Shown here piece by piece: positions 19,070 through 28,210 of a DNA stretch of 54,707 bases. The notes under the pieces are model-generated. The model was not told the origin of the DNA and did not search any database. It saw only the letters and a program-made list of their open reading frames with translations. The stretch covers positions 1 to 54,707 of IMG/VR virus record IMGVR_UViG_3300026820_000001. One strand, written 5' to 3'. Source of the DNA: a virus. Lineage: Duplodnaviria > Caudoviricetes. The stretch's first letter is position 1, and each line of letters starts with the position of its first letter. The position numbers and the translations under genes were made by a program.

Positions 19070-19363
19070 GGTCATCATCGAGTCTTCGGTTTCGCCGGGC
19101 TCGCTGGACTCGGATGTATCGCCTTGATCGCTCGGACCCTCTTCGTCCTTGTTATCGCCGTAGACGCATTTGATTACGGCTTCTCCGTCCTTGATGGCCG
19201 TAACCTCCACCGTTTCCTTGTCTCCGGGTTTAACATCCTTGTTGAAGAAGGACAGTGGCACCAACCCCATTTTTTCCTCTGGCGTACTATCGTTCTCCAT
19301 GTCCATGTTGGAGTTATCTTGAGAACCGGCGTCCTGATGATCGTAGTAGTCTTCCTGAGCCAT
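19067..19363 (-). CDS. Acidic hypothetical protein
   Basis: MAQEDYYD... 98 aa, Asp/Glu-rich, directly after the capsid gene. Confidence 0.7.
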   Translation of the reverse strand: MAQEDYYDHQDAGSQDNSNMDMENDSTPEEKMGLVPLSFFNKDVKPGDKETVEVTAIKDGEAVIKCVYGDNKDEEGPSDQGDTSESSEPGETEDSMMT

Positions 19364-19378
19364 AGTATTATCTGGGTT

Positions 19379-19419
19379 AAAGAGGGTGCCGCCAAGCCAA
19401 CCCCGGATTGATGGCACCC
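19379..19419 (-). terminator. Hairpin/attenuating terminator after the capsid gene
   Basis: GGGTGCC...GGCACCC stem followed by TCTTT on the minus strand. Confidence 0.5.
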
Positions 19420-19436
19420 ATTGTGACCACTGCCGG

Positions 19437-20807
19437 TTAGGTGATCTCCGGCTCGCAGGGAGTGTTGCAAGAATCGTAATCCTGAGTCGGATAACCAGGA
19501 TCATCGCTGCAATTGCTGATTTCAGGCACGCAGAACGGTTCGCGGCGATGCAGGAACACGTTGATGAACTCCGTGTAGAGCGGGCGGATGGCCAGCTTGA
19601 AGTCCGCGATGAACATGCCCTTGTTGCGGCGTTTGTTCTCGATGACGCAGCCGTTTACGTCTTCACCGAGGTTATCCATTACGAACTGCCATTTCCCACC
19701 GAAGTTGCGACTGCTAAACGGCATCTCGGGATTGACCGGCGTGGCATCGGCCACAAGGGCTTCCAGGCCCATCTTGTGCCAGATATAAGTGATGGCGAAT
19801 TGCGCCTTGTCGAAGTCCGGGTTTTCAACACTTCCCAGCCCAGGGTCGCCACCCGCGCCACTGGTTACCTGATTAACGTAGGGAAGGACGACCTGATAGC
19901 GGTAACGATTGGGTGCTGCGCCCGCGCCCCGGTCGGCCACGAAGTTGAAACGCAATCCCATCGGGTCAGTGCGAACGAGGTAATTACCGATCTGGCCAGA
20001 GAACCCGTAACGCCAGAAAGCGTTGGCGCTGGACCATTCGGTGAAACGCCAGTTGCCGGCGATGGTCGGACACGACCCGCCTCCCCCGCCGCATTGGCCA
20101 CCCAACTTGTCCAATTCCCAGGCAGTGGCGATGTCGGTTACCAGTTCAATGTAGGGGGCGGTTTCCTTGAACGGATTCTTGCCGCCGTAACCTCGGCGCA
20201 TGAGCGGTTCGAAACGCACCTGAAGCATCTGCGGGACGAGCTTAAAGACCGTCGTCGGATCGGCTGACGTATCGAAAAAGATTTCCTCATCCCCAACCAC
20301 CGTCCAGTTGAACGTGAATTGGGTCATTGCCCGGTTAGCGATGAACTTCTTGTCGGCATGGTCCAAAGCCCGCTTGCGCAGGAAATTGGACATGATGTCG
20401 GTCGTAGCCGGGCGCAGGATGTCGGAGATGATCTGGCGGAAATGTTCCTGGGCTTTCGTCACGTGCATCATCTGGTCGAAGCAAAGGAGCGGCGTGGCCC
20501 AACTTTGTTCCTCTAGGAAGTACGTGATGCGCGTCGCACCCCAGCCGATGCAATGTTCGGTCTTATCGCAAGGCGTGCCCACGCAGGAGGCGTACTCGGT
20601 CCGGTTCCAGACCTTGGTGGTGTTGGGGAAGACGTGCCGGAACCGGTCCAGGGTATGTTCAACGCCCGAGTAGGCATCGAAGGTGCCAGTCTTAACGTTA
20701 AGCACCCAGGAATCGGTGGGCCGGATGTCAGAGAGGATCAGTTTGTCGTAGACCGGTTGTTGGTCTACCAAGAAATTGGTAAATTGGTCGCAAGATAAAA
20801 TAGCCAT
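19437..20807 (-). CDS. Major capsid protein
   Basis: About 456 aa, follows portal and scaffold, has its own promoter and downstream hairpin. Call rests on synteny and size. Confidence 0.75.
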   Translation of the reverse strand: MAILSCDQFTNFLVDQQPVYDKLILSDIRPTDSWVLNVKTGTFDAYSGVEHTLDRFRHVFPNTTKVWNRTEYASCVGTPCDKTEHCIGWGATRITYFLEEQSWATPLLCFDQMMHVTKAQEHFRQIISDILRPATTDIMSNFLRKRALDHADKKFIANRAMTQFTFNWTVVGDEEIFFDTSADPTTVFKLVPQMLQVRFEPLMRRGYGGKNPFKETAPYIELVTDIATAWELDKLGGQCGGGGGSCPTIAGNWRFTEWSSANAFWRYGFSGQIGNYLVRTDPMGLRFNFVADRGAGAAPNRYRYQVVLPYVNQVTSGAGGDPGLGSVENPDFDKAQFAITYIWHKMGLEALVADATPVNPEMPFSSRNFGGKWQFVMDNLGEDVNGCVIENKRRNKGMFIADFKLAIRPLYTEFINVFLHRREPFCVPEISNCSDDPGYPTQDYDSCNTPCEPEIT

Positions 20808-20915
20808 AGCTTCAAAATGCAAAAGTTCATGGGAACGTGCGTTGAAGCCGTAGGCTTGCGATCCTTTTATGCCGAGGATGAACCGGCGAACCCGCCTATT
20901 AAGCGGATAATCGAG

Positions 20916-20944
20916 CTAATAGAAGCTGCGGTGATCTATGTCAA
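20916..20944 (-). promoter_or_regulatory. Sigma70-like promoter for the capsid gene
   Basis: TTGACA-17 nt-TATTAG on the minus strand in the scaffold-capsid gap. Confidence 0.55.
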
Positions 20945-20956
20945 CAACCAAAATTA

Positions 20957-22300
20957 TCAGCGGCCCATCTTACCGAGCATGGCTGCTACTCCGTCGATAG
21001 TAATATCGTTGTTGGCTGAGGCTTGTTTACCTTTGCCTTCTCCATCAGTGGGCGCGGAATCGCCGTAGGCTTTTAGCGCCTCTTCCTTCTCGGCCAGCAT
21101 GGTCTTGAGCTGTCTGTTTTCGTGCATCAGCACGGAATAGGCGATGGCGCGATTACGCAATGCCACATGTTTCTTGATGACAGTGGCGCGTTGTTCTTCG
21201 GTGAGATTGGGATCATTGGCTTTGGCCGAGAGCGCGTCAGCCACAAAAGCGGCAGCTTTCTCCAATTTGCTATTACGCTCATCGTCGCCCTCGACTGGCC
21301 GAAGGAAATCGAATTTGCTCACCGATTCATCGCTGAACTGTTTCCAGAGCCTGGAATTATTTTCCTGCACGGCCTTGTGCTGGTGCGCAACTTGGTTTTG
21401 CCATTCGCCGCCCTTGGACTTTTGTTCCTCCAAGGCTTGGTTTTGCGCGGTGGCTAGGTCGCGAATCTTGTCGATATACCCGCGCACTTCGGCCACATCT
21501 TCAGGGAACCGATTCTTGATTTCCATGCGGGCGGCGGCTGGATCCATGTTGGCCAAGGCGGCGATGTCGGCTGGGGTTAGATCGCGGGCCTGCGTTTCGC
21601 CGTTCTCGGCGTTGGTGAACTTAACCTGCAATCCTTTGAGCCCGCTGATGGCCCGCGACCAAGCTTCCTCGTAGGGTTTCTGGTATTTATCGACAAATTC
21701 CTGGCTCTTGGAATAATCCACGAAACGAATGTGATTCTCCAATTCCTGATTTCGCTTTTCCAGCGAACTAAGCCTCTCGGTGATTTCCTTTGGCGGTTCT
21801 GTCTGCTTAGTGCGAAGCTCGGTGTTTTCCTGTTTGAGCCGGCTGTTATCAGCCTTAAACTTTTCTACCAACGTCCAAGGATTGGTCTTCTTATCGCCCG
21901 GCTTGGGCGGTGTCTTGGCAACATCTTCCTCAAGTTTTTTGTCCTGGACCTGCTCATCGGCACTGGGATCTTTTTGCTCAGCTGGTTTTGGTTCATCGGT
22001 TGGCTTGGCCGGTTCCTCGCCCATTAAATCGCCGTCCTCCGGCGCGGCCAACCCTTTGATGCCCGAAAAGGCCCCGTCCATCGTGTCGAGCGGCTCAGCC
22101 GACTTGGTTGGGTCCTGAGACTGCTTCTCCGGCAGCACCACCCCACGCCGGGAAGGTCTGGAAGATAAAGCGGATGGAGCGGGGGCAGTCTTTGGCGGGG
22201 TAGCCACGGGCGCTTTGGCTGGCGTGGCAGGGCCTGGGGCAGACGGGGCAGGCTGGGCAGGAGCAGACGGTGGTGGTGGGGCTGGCGGCGCGGATGGCAT
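20957..22300 (-). CDS. Capsid scaffolding protein
   Basis: Pro/Ala-rich disordered N-terminus, long charged coiled coils, located between portal and capsid. Confidence 0.7.
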   Translation of the reverse strand: MPSAPPAPPPPSAPAQPAPSAPGPATPAKAPVATPPKTAPAPSALSSRPSRRGVVLPEKQSQDPTKSAEPLDTMDGAFSGIKGLAAPEDGDLMGEEPAKPTDEPKPAEQKDPSADEQVQDKKLEEDVAKTPPKPGDKKTNPWTLVEKFKADNSRLKQENTELRTKQTEPPKEITERLSSLEKRNQELENHIRFVDYSKSQEFVDKYQKPYEEAWSRAISGLKGLQVKFTNAENGETQARDLTPADIAALANMDPAAARMEIKNRFPEDVAEVRGYIDKIRDLATAQNQALEEQKSKGGEWQNQVAHQHKAVQENNSRLWKQFSDESVSKFDFLRPVEGDDERNSKLEKAAAFVADALSAKANDPNLTEEQRATVIKKHVALRNRAIAYSVLMHENRQLKTMLAEKEEALKAYGDSAPTDGEGKGKQASANNDITIDGVAAMLGKMGR

Positions 22301-22306
22301 GATGGT

Positions 22307-22582
22307 TCAAGTGCGGTAGTTGAGGTTCTGCGGCAATTTCTCCTTGGGCGGTGCAGTCGTTTCAGCGATGGAAAGCAGATGGCGAATGTATTCTGTCGCG
22401 CCACAGATCCGATTGTAAGCGGCAGCTGCCTCCACTGGATCTGCGATATTGGGCATGCCTAAGATTTGCTCAAGCAACGCGGCCTCGCAAGCGGTCCTGA
22501 ATCCGTCGCTTACAACCAAATCCTGGTGGGCCCGAGACTGCTGGACATTGGACTGGAATTTGGCCCGAGGCGTCAGGTTCAT
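22307..22582 (-). CDS. Small helical protein between portal and scaffold
   Basis: 91 aa, ATGA overlap with portal; conserved position in podovirus head modules. Confidence 0.7.
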   Translation of the reverse strand: MNLTPRAKFQSNVQQSRAHQDLVVSDGFRTACEAALLEQILGMPNIADPVEAAAAYNRICGATEYIRHLLSIAETTAPPKEKLPQNLNYRT

Positions 22583-24939
22583 TGCGGCTTCTCCTTGGGC
22601 TCCGCAGCGGCTTTGGCGTTCTCACGCCGAATCTCGGCAGCCGTCTCAACGTCAGTCGCGGCCACATCAGCCTGCAACTCGACCCGCTGACGTTGCATGT
22701 CCAGCTGATGTTGCTGCTGCTTTCGTTTCTCTTCGGCTTCCCATTGCACCTGTCGTTGCGCGGTGCGCTGAGCATGGCTCTCGCTGGCATTGGCCGCCTT
22801 GGTTTGGGCCTGCAATTGCATCGCCTGAATCTTAGCCATGTCTTTGGGGTCCATTTGGGCTTGGCCATTGCCGTTCTGTTGAGCGGCGGCTTCCATGGCT
22901 TGCTGCAACCGCTGCCCGTAAGCCTTGACCATGTTCATCAACTGGCTCAGCCCATCGCCATACTGGCGCACGCGCTCTTTCTGCTCCTTATCCTGACTCA
23001 AAATCTGGAGTTGTTCGGCAATGGTTTGGCCCACCGTCTGTAACCCTACCAATTGCTCGGGCTTGGCCATAGATTGTTGCTGTTGCTCGATTCGTTGCAC
23101 GATCAGGGTCATTTCGGCCAGCAACACCTCAACGATCTCGATGCGATTGGAGCGCGGGCCGAACTGGACGGGCAATCCTTGCATGAGACTGCCCATCGAA
23201 ACCATCGCGTCATGCTTGGAGTCCGTAACTTGGTCCTGGGTATCGGGTACAAGCTCATCGGTGGCCCCGGAATCGTCGGTAATGGCCAACGTGGACATCT
23301 TGAGGATGGTCCGTTGGGCTTCCGGGTCAAATAACGGTCGCCATTCCATCAATTGCTGCGCGGTGGCCAGTTCGAGGGTCTTATTGCCAGCGCCCATGAC
23401 GCGCTCCGGCTCGATTTCCCAGGCTTCGGGCACCAAAACCTCAGGCGGCACCCCGGCTTTGAGACAAGCCAGCCGAAAAGACCGTACATCGGGATCCCGA
23501 GAGTCTTTCGCACAAAAACGCCTAAAAATCTCATAGTACTCAAACGTCTGATACTGATACGCCTGCAACAACGCAGCCGAAATGAGCGCAGTGGTCGCGT
23601 TGAGTTCCGCCCGGACCTGAAAGGCAGTCTTTTCCACCTGGGGCCGGCTGAAATTGTTGTTTTGGGTGAAGGAAGCCGAGTTTTCATTGATGATCTGCTG
23701 ATTTTCGAGCAAACCCATCTGCGTAAAGGGCTGATTTGGCTGCCAACGCTCCTGCGGAGGCAAGAACTGCACCGTAGGATCAATGAGTCCCCGGCTGATA
23801 AGGTTAATTTTGAGGGCCCGCTCGGATTCATCGAGGGAATTGACCCGGAAATACATCATCAGGCCCTCGAAAACCGCCTCGTTGAACTTACAACGCAGCC
23901 GATTCTGCAAATGGCACACCGCGTAGAGCAGAAAACCCAGTGAGCGGACCGCATGATAGCGAAATGGGGCCACTGCCGACAGATCCGCGAACTGGAATTG
24001 CAGCACTTCACGCAAATCCATCGCATACTTGCGGTCTCCGGGGTTAAACAGGAACTGGTTGCGCCCGCCGATGATGTTTTTATCAGGCATGTTCGTGCCC
24101 TGAGGCAAAACCCCACCCACCCCAGGCTGGCCGAAGGCGTCCAGGACGATACGCCGATTCCAGCCTTGCACTTTGTTGTCGTCGTTCCACCAATAGAAAT
24201 CCCAACAGGAGATGACCGGCACAGCGTCGGAGGCGTATAGCCCAGAATCCTCCTTCATCCTCTGCTCCATCTTATCTGGACTCCAGACCTCGGGCCACGT
24301 CGTGCCCGAAAGCTGTGAGGTTTGGTCATCAGCCCATTTCAGAGCCGCTTTCACGTTGTCCATCTGCCAGCCCGGATCGACCTTCGGTCCGCTGGTGAGC
24401 CGGTAAAGCTCCATCGCCGTATAAGCCCGGTAAATGGCGAAGAAGGGGAGATTCTTCATCGTCAAGAGTGTGCCGCTAGGAATCATCACGTCTTCGACGC
24501 CCAGGGCAAGCGGACACCAGCCGTAGGAATTCTCCCAACAGGACGGGGCGATGCCGTGGAGCACGAGCAGGGCGAACTTGCTGCGCATGTTCTCGAAATA
24601 GATCGGAGAACGTTTCATGCGCCGATTGATTTCGTTGGAAACAATCGTGCCCCACTTAGCCCGCTTATGGGCTGGGCCATTATCGGTGCGGGCAGTGAAG
24701 AACTTGCCCGGCTTCATAAAGGCATTCGAAAATTGTTGCCGGGCTTCGTGGCCAACCTTGGTTGACTCCAAAAAGTTACAGTTCACGGCCACGTTGTTCT
24801 CACGTTCCTCTTGGTCGCTGTAGGGCGGTGAACCGTCGAACAAGCTATTAATGCGAGCACGATTCTGTGCGCGTGGGTAATCGGCCAACCGCATCTGCCA
24901 TGTTAAGGATTCTATGACGGAAGCGGTCTTAAAGTTCAT
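22579..24939 (-). CDS. Portal protein
   Basis: 786 aa, helical, EKTAFQVRAE (TATEV-like) motif, Gln-rich coiled C-terminal barrel as in P22-like portals; first gene of the head module. Confidence 0.8.
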   Translation of the reverse strand: MNFKTASVIESLTWQMRLADYPRAQNRARINSLFDGSPPYSDQEERENNVAVNCNFLESTKVGHEARQQFSNAFMKPGKFFTARTDNGPAHKRAKWGTIVSNEINRRMKRSPIYFENMRSKFALLVLHGIAPSCWENSYGWCPLALGVEDVMIPSGTLLTMKNLPFFAIYRAYTAMELYRLTSGPKVDPGWQMDNVKAALKWADDQTSQLSGTTWPEVWSPDKMEQRMKEDSGLYASDAVPVISCWDFYWWNDDNKVQGWNRRIVLDAFGQPGVGGVLPQGTNMPDKNIIGGRNQFLFNPGDRKYAMDLREVLQFQFADLSAVAPFRYHAVRSLGFLLYAVCHLQNRLRCKFNEAVFEGLMMYFRVNSLDESERALKINLISRGLIDPTVQFLPPQERWQPNQPFTQMGLLENQQIINENSASFTQNNNFSRPQVEKTAFQVRAELNATTALISAALLQAYQYQTFEYYEIFRRFCAKDSRDPDVRSFRLACLKAGVPPEVLVPEAWEIEPERVMGAGNKTLELATAQQLMEWRPLFDPEAQRTILKMSTLAITDDSGATDELVPDTQDQVTDSKHDAMVSMGSLMQGLPVQFGPRSNRIEIVEVLLAEMTLIVQRIEQQQQSMAKPEQLVGLQTVGQTIAEQLQILSQDKEQKERVRQYGDGLSQLMNMVKAYGQRLQQAMEAAAQQNGNGQAQMDPKDMAKIQAMQLQAQTKAANASESHAQRTAQRQVQWEAEEKRKQQQHQLDMQRQRVELQADVAATDVETAAEIRRENAKAAAEPKEKPQ

Positions 24940-24948
24940 CGAACATGC

Positions 24949-24978
24949 ACACTAGGTAAACAGCGCCGTCTAAGTCAA
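24949..24978 (-). promoter_or_regulatory. Possible promoter upstream of portal
   Basis: TTGACT-18 nt-TAGTGT, 9 nt before the ATG. Confidence 0.3.
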
Positions 24979-25614
24979 GGTCAACGCCCGTGGGAATCCC
25001 AGGCTACTAGTGTTGTATCGGTCCAGTAGCGGTCGCTCCATGGCGACACGCTTACGTTCTACGTGACGCGGGTGAAAGATGCAGCGCGAGGGCGTGATGT
25101 CGGCAAATGCGCGTCGGAGTGTTACCCCGAGGTAACCTAGGAGCCAATTGTCCCAGCCGCCATTACCGAATCTATACTGCTCAGGCACGGCCCGCCACGC
25201 CTTGGCCCAGATCCATGGATGAGCGCAGAAAAAGTCAGCGCCCAGGTCCACGACTTTAGCCGCTTCAAAGTTCGGCTTGGCCGGGTCGTATTCGTACCGG
25301 CGACTGGTCAGCGCGTAGGCCCCCATGTGAAATGCTTTGTCGGCCGTCTCGACCAAGTTGCGGCCCACTACGATGTCAGCGTTAAGGATGGCTGCTGGTT
25401 CCTCGGCTTGAGAGGCTATCAAGTAAAGCAGGCTTAATGGCGGAAAGTCAGGGCCCTCGATGAAGGTGGTGCGAGGACAGGCCAGTCGCCAATCGAACGC
25501 ACCGAAAAGGAAAATACCTTGAAACACAGAACGCCATGAGTCGATGGCCAAGACTTGGTTAGTGGCCACTTCCTTGTTGTCGTCGAGTGGCCGAAAGCTA
25601 CTTACCGCGATCAT
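24970..25614 (-). CDS. Putative GT-A-like glycosyltransferase
   Basis: AILNADIVV (DxD-like), GADFF, FGNGGWDNWL, FHPRH; located in the transferase cluster. Confidence 0.6.
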   Translation of the reverse strand: MIAVSSFRPLDDNKEVATNQVLAIDSWRSVFQGIFLFGAFDWRLACPRTTFIEGPDFPPLSLLYLIASQAEEPAAILNADIVVGRNLVETADKAFHMGAYALTSRRYEYDPAKPNFEAAKVVDLGADFFCAHPWIWAKAWRAVPEQYRFGNGGWDNWLLGYLGVTLRRAFADITPSRCIFHPRHVERKRVAMERPLLDRYNTSSLGFPRALTLT

Positions 25615-26174
25615 GGCGCTTGCTTCACGATGAACCACGAGGAACAAGGGCACACGTAAAAGACCTTCTCGTGTTCCTTGGCCCAGCGGTTGACGGCCGG
25701 TTCGACCTCAATCCACGCTTTGCCTTTGGTGTTATGCCCGTAGTCATGTCCACCCATTAAGCCGCCGATGCGAATCTTAGGCCACCACGCATCCATGTCG
25801 GCCATGACGGTGGCGTAGGAGTGGTTGGCGTCGATGTAAACCATGTCCAATTGGTAAGGCTCGAAACCGGCACTGGCTGGGACGGAGAAATCTTTCAGGA
25901 TCACGACACGATGGTCTTGTTCAGCTAACAGTTTACAGTCGCCGTACCATGAGTCATAGCCCGCTTGGGCCTCCTGGGCTTCCTTGTAGACCTCAATGTC
26001 CTGGGTTGCCCAAGGATCGATCATCCAATAGACGCGACCAACCCATTGAGAAAGAACCGTGCGCGAGAAGGTGCCACGAGCGCAGCCAATCTCAGCCACT
26101 TCACCCACTAATCCCATCTTGTTGAGCCAAAAACCCAATGCTTCCCGGTGGTTGATTTGAAGCGGGCCAGTCAT
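25611..26174 (-). CDS. Class I SAM-dependent methyltransferase (Methyltransf_24-like)
   Basis: AEIGCARG, IDPW, DMVYIDANHSY, GGLMGGHDY. Confidence 0.9.
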   Translation of the reverse strand: MTGPLQINHREALGFWLNKMGLVGEVAEIGCARGTFSRTVLSQWVGRVYWMIDPWATQDIEVYKEAQEAQAGYDSWYGDCKLLAEQDHRVVILKDFSVPASAGFEPYQLDMVYIDANHSYATVMADMDAWWPKIRIGGLMGGHDYGHNTKGKAWIEVEPAVNRWAKEHEKVFYVCPCSSWFIVKQAP

Positions 26175-26776
26175 GCTCTTTCCACAATCAGATTTTCCTT
26201 GGTCTCGTGCACAGCAAAAAAGCCCATGAGCCGCAGGAACGCCTTTACGTTGGGCCTCTCATCCGGCGAACGAATCTCCGTGCAAATGACCTTAGCCTTT
26301 CGCCACGCTTCCATTGGCTGGCTTTTGATAATGGCGAAATCCTCCCATTCTGCATCCATGGAAATCAGGTCGTATGGACCCAGCGGCCACAGATCGTCCA
26401 TGGTGATGCAACTGACCATGGTCAGCAATTTGCTCGGATCCATGACCGAGCCGCTGTTCTTCAAATCATCGTTGATGGTCGTGCTCCAGGATCGGTCCTC
26501 GTATAAGTCCACCCAGAGCCGGCGCAATTCAGCCTTTGGCGCGAGGGCCGCGCAAACCAGTGTCACACGCTCGCTGAATTTCTTACAGTTTTCGCAGAGC
26601 GATTGGAAATTGCCCCAATGCGCCTCGACCAAGACGCCGCTCCAGCCCAGTTCGAGCAGACGGCGCGTGTTGCTCATGGTGATGCCGTCGTACGCGCCGA
26701 TGTCGAGGAACCGGCCGGGCGGTTTACCGGCAAACAGTTTTACTAGGAACTCTTCCTCGTCATTCTGAGAGTACAT
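26171..26776 (-). CDS. FkbM-family methyltransferase
   Basis: MYSQNDEE, FLDIGAYDGITMSNT, GWSGVLVEA, DLISMDAE. Confidence 0.9.
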   Translation of the reverse strand: MYSQNDEEEFLVKLFAGKPPGRFLDIGAYDGITMSNTRRLLELGWSGVLVEAHWGNFQSLCENCKKFSERVTLVCAALAPKAELRRLWVDLYEDRSWSTTINDDLKNSGSVMDPSKLLTMVSCITMDDLWPLGPYDLISMDAEWEDFAIIKSQPMEAWRKAKVICTEIRSPDERPNVKAFLRLMGFFAVHETKENLIVERA

Positions 26777-27563
26777 AGCGTTTGATCAAATCCATCGGAA
26801 TCTGTTCGGTGGGCTTACCGGCGACCCAAATCTCCTGCGGCTCATTGATTGACCCGTGAGACCAGAATTGTTGAATCGGCGTGGGTGGATCGGGGGCGTC
26901 CCCTCTTTGCAAAACCGGATGATAAAGCTCGCGTTGTTTCTCCATCGCCACGTTACCTAGCGTGTTGAATTCGGCGAACGTCTGAGGAAAAGCATTCTGG
27001 CAGGATAGGATGTAATCGTCCACAGGATGGCCAGTGGCTTGTTCCATGAGTTTGCGGGCCAGTTGATAAGTGGACCGGTGGAAGACGCCAGGATGCGCCC
27101 GCATGGTCTCATAAAGAACTGGGAAACGGAGGCATGCTTGAGTGCATACCTGCCAGCGATTCATTTGCGGATGCCGTTTGTTGATGATGGCGAACGGCTC
27201 ATAGCGCAGGATTATTTTGCCCTCTGCTGTGGCGAAATGATCCGGCTCGGTCAACCGAGTAAAGATGCAGTCCGAATCCAGATGGGCGATGCGTTCAGCG
27301 TCGGTGAACGTGTCGGCATGCACGATCTGGCGCATGTGCCATAAAAAACCTTTCCCTTCGGGTTCACAGTGGCCGTAGGCTTTGGATGGGAACGGGATGT
27401 TCGCATCGGCAATCATCTTCTCGGCTGCATCAGCGTCATTGGCCGGAACCAGCACGCGCAGGTAATTGAATCGCTTACAGTATTTAGCGATGGAGAGTAG
27501 GCAATACTTGAGGTAACCAAAATCTTTCCCGCAGGTGACGATGAACAGGTCGGTGGACATCAT
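26760..27563 (-). CDS. Putative GT-A glycosyltransferase
   Basis: DLFIVTCGKD, HLDSDCIF (DxD), FAEFNTLG, QFWSH. Confidence 0.7.
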   Translation of the reverse strand: MMSTDLFIVTCGKDFGYLKYCLLSIAKYCKRFNYLRVLVPANDADAAEKMIADANIPFPSKAYGHCEPEGKGFLWHMRQIVHADTFTDAERIAHLDSDCIFTRLTEPDHFATAEGKIILRYEPFAIINKRHPQMNRWQVCTQACLRFPVLYETMRAHPGVFHRSTYQLARKLMEQATGHPVDDYILSCQNAFPQTFAEFNTLGNVAMEKQRELYHPVLQRGDAPDPPTPIQQFWSHGSINEPQEIWVAGKPTEQIPMDLIKRYVLSE

Positions 27564-28210
27564 GGGCGTTGGGGGACAAGATTCCTTAAGAGTGGACCGT
27601 TTGGCAGCTTTCCGAGATCAATATCCGGCCAGTTGGTTTGCTTTAAGAAAAGCCACAAAGTATTAGGTTTCTTTCCCATCTTTTCAGCAGCTACCACAAG
27701 CGGAACGGATTGCCCATTGAAAATTACGACGCGGGCATTGCTTCGATTTCTTGTTTGTTGCGTTGGTGTTTCCCATCGGCAATTGTCAGGATAGTAATTT
27801 TTACTGTTTTCAATTCTTCCGAGCGTCATTCCGTCTGGGCGATAGCCCATGTCGGCAAAGAAGTTTTCAAACTTTAGCCATCGCTCGCAGACAATTATTC
27901 CGGCCCCACCGTATTTCGGATAACTGGTGTCATTCGGGTTATAGCATCGCCCAATCATGCATCTCCAACTATCGTAAGTTGGGACTGAGCGCCCAGGCTG
28001 TGATGAAAGCCCATGGGTACGCCTGGACGGATCTTTTAATCTACATTGAGCACATCCTTTTGAAGTCCAGTTGTTAAGATTAAAAGTAAAGACTTTAAGT
28101 TGTCTCCCACAACCAGAGCAGACGCAGTTCCACCTGCCGTCTCCTGCATAGGAAACAGGTTTCCATTTTCCGAATGTGAGACCAACAAGGTTTCTTGGCG
28201 GAAAAGACAT
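27560..28210 (-). CDS. HNH-type homing endonuclease-like protein
   Basis: CVCSGCG, WRCMIGRCYNP..YGGAGI.VCERW..FENF.ADMG, YYPDNCRW; visibly more AT-rich than its flanks. Confidence 0.85.
   Translation of the reverse strand: MSFPPRNLVGLTFGKWKPVSYAGDGRWNCVCSGCGRQLKVFTFNLNNWTSKGCAQCRLKDPSRRTHGLSSQPGRSVPTYDSWRCMIGRCYNPNDTSYPKYGGAGIIVCERWLKFENFFADMGYRPDGMTLGRIENSKNYYPDNCRWETPTQQTRNRSNARVVIFNGQSVPLVVAAEKMGKKPNTLWLFLKQTNWPDIDLGKLPNGPLLRNLVPQRP

Noticed and set aside
19386-20267. 293-aa plus-strand ORF
   Set aside because: Antisense to the capsid gene with no motifs.
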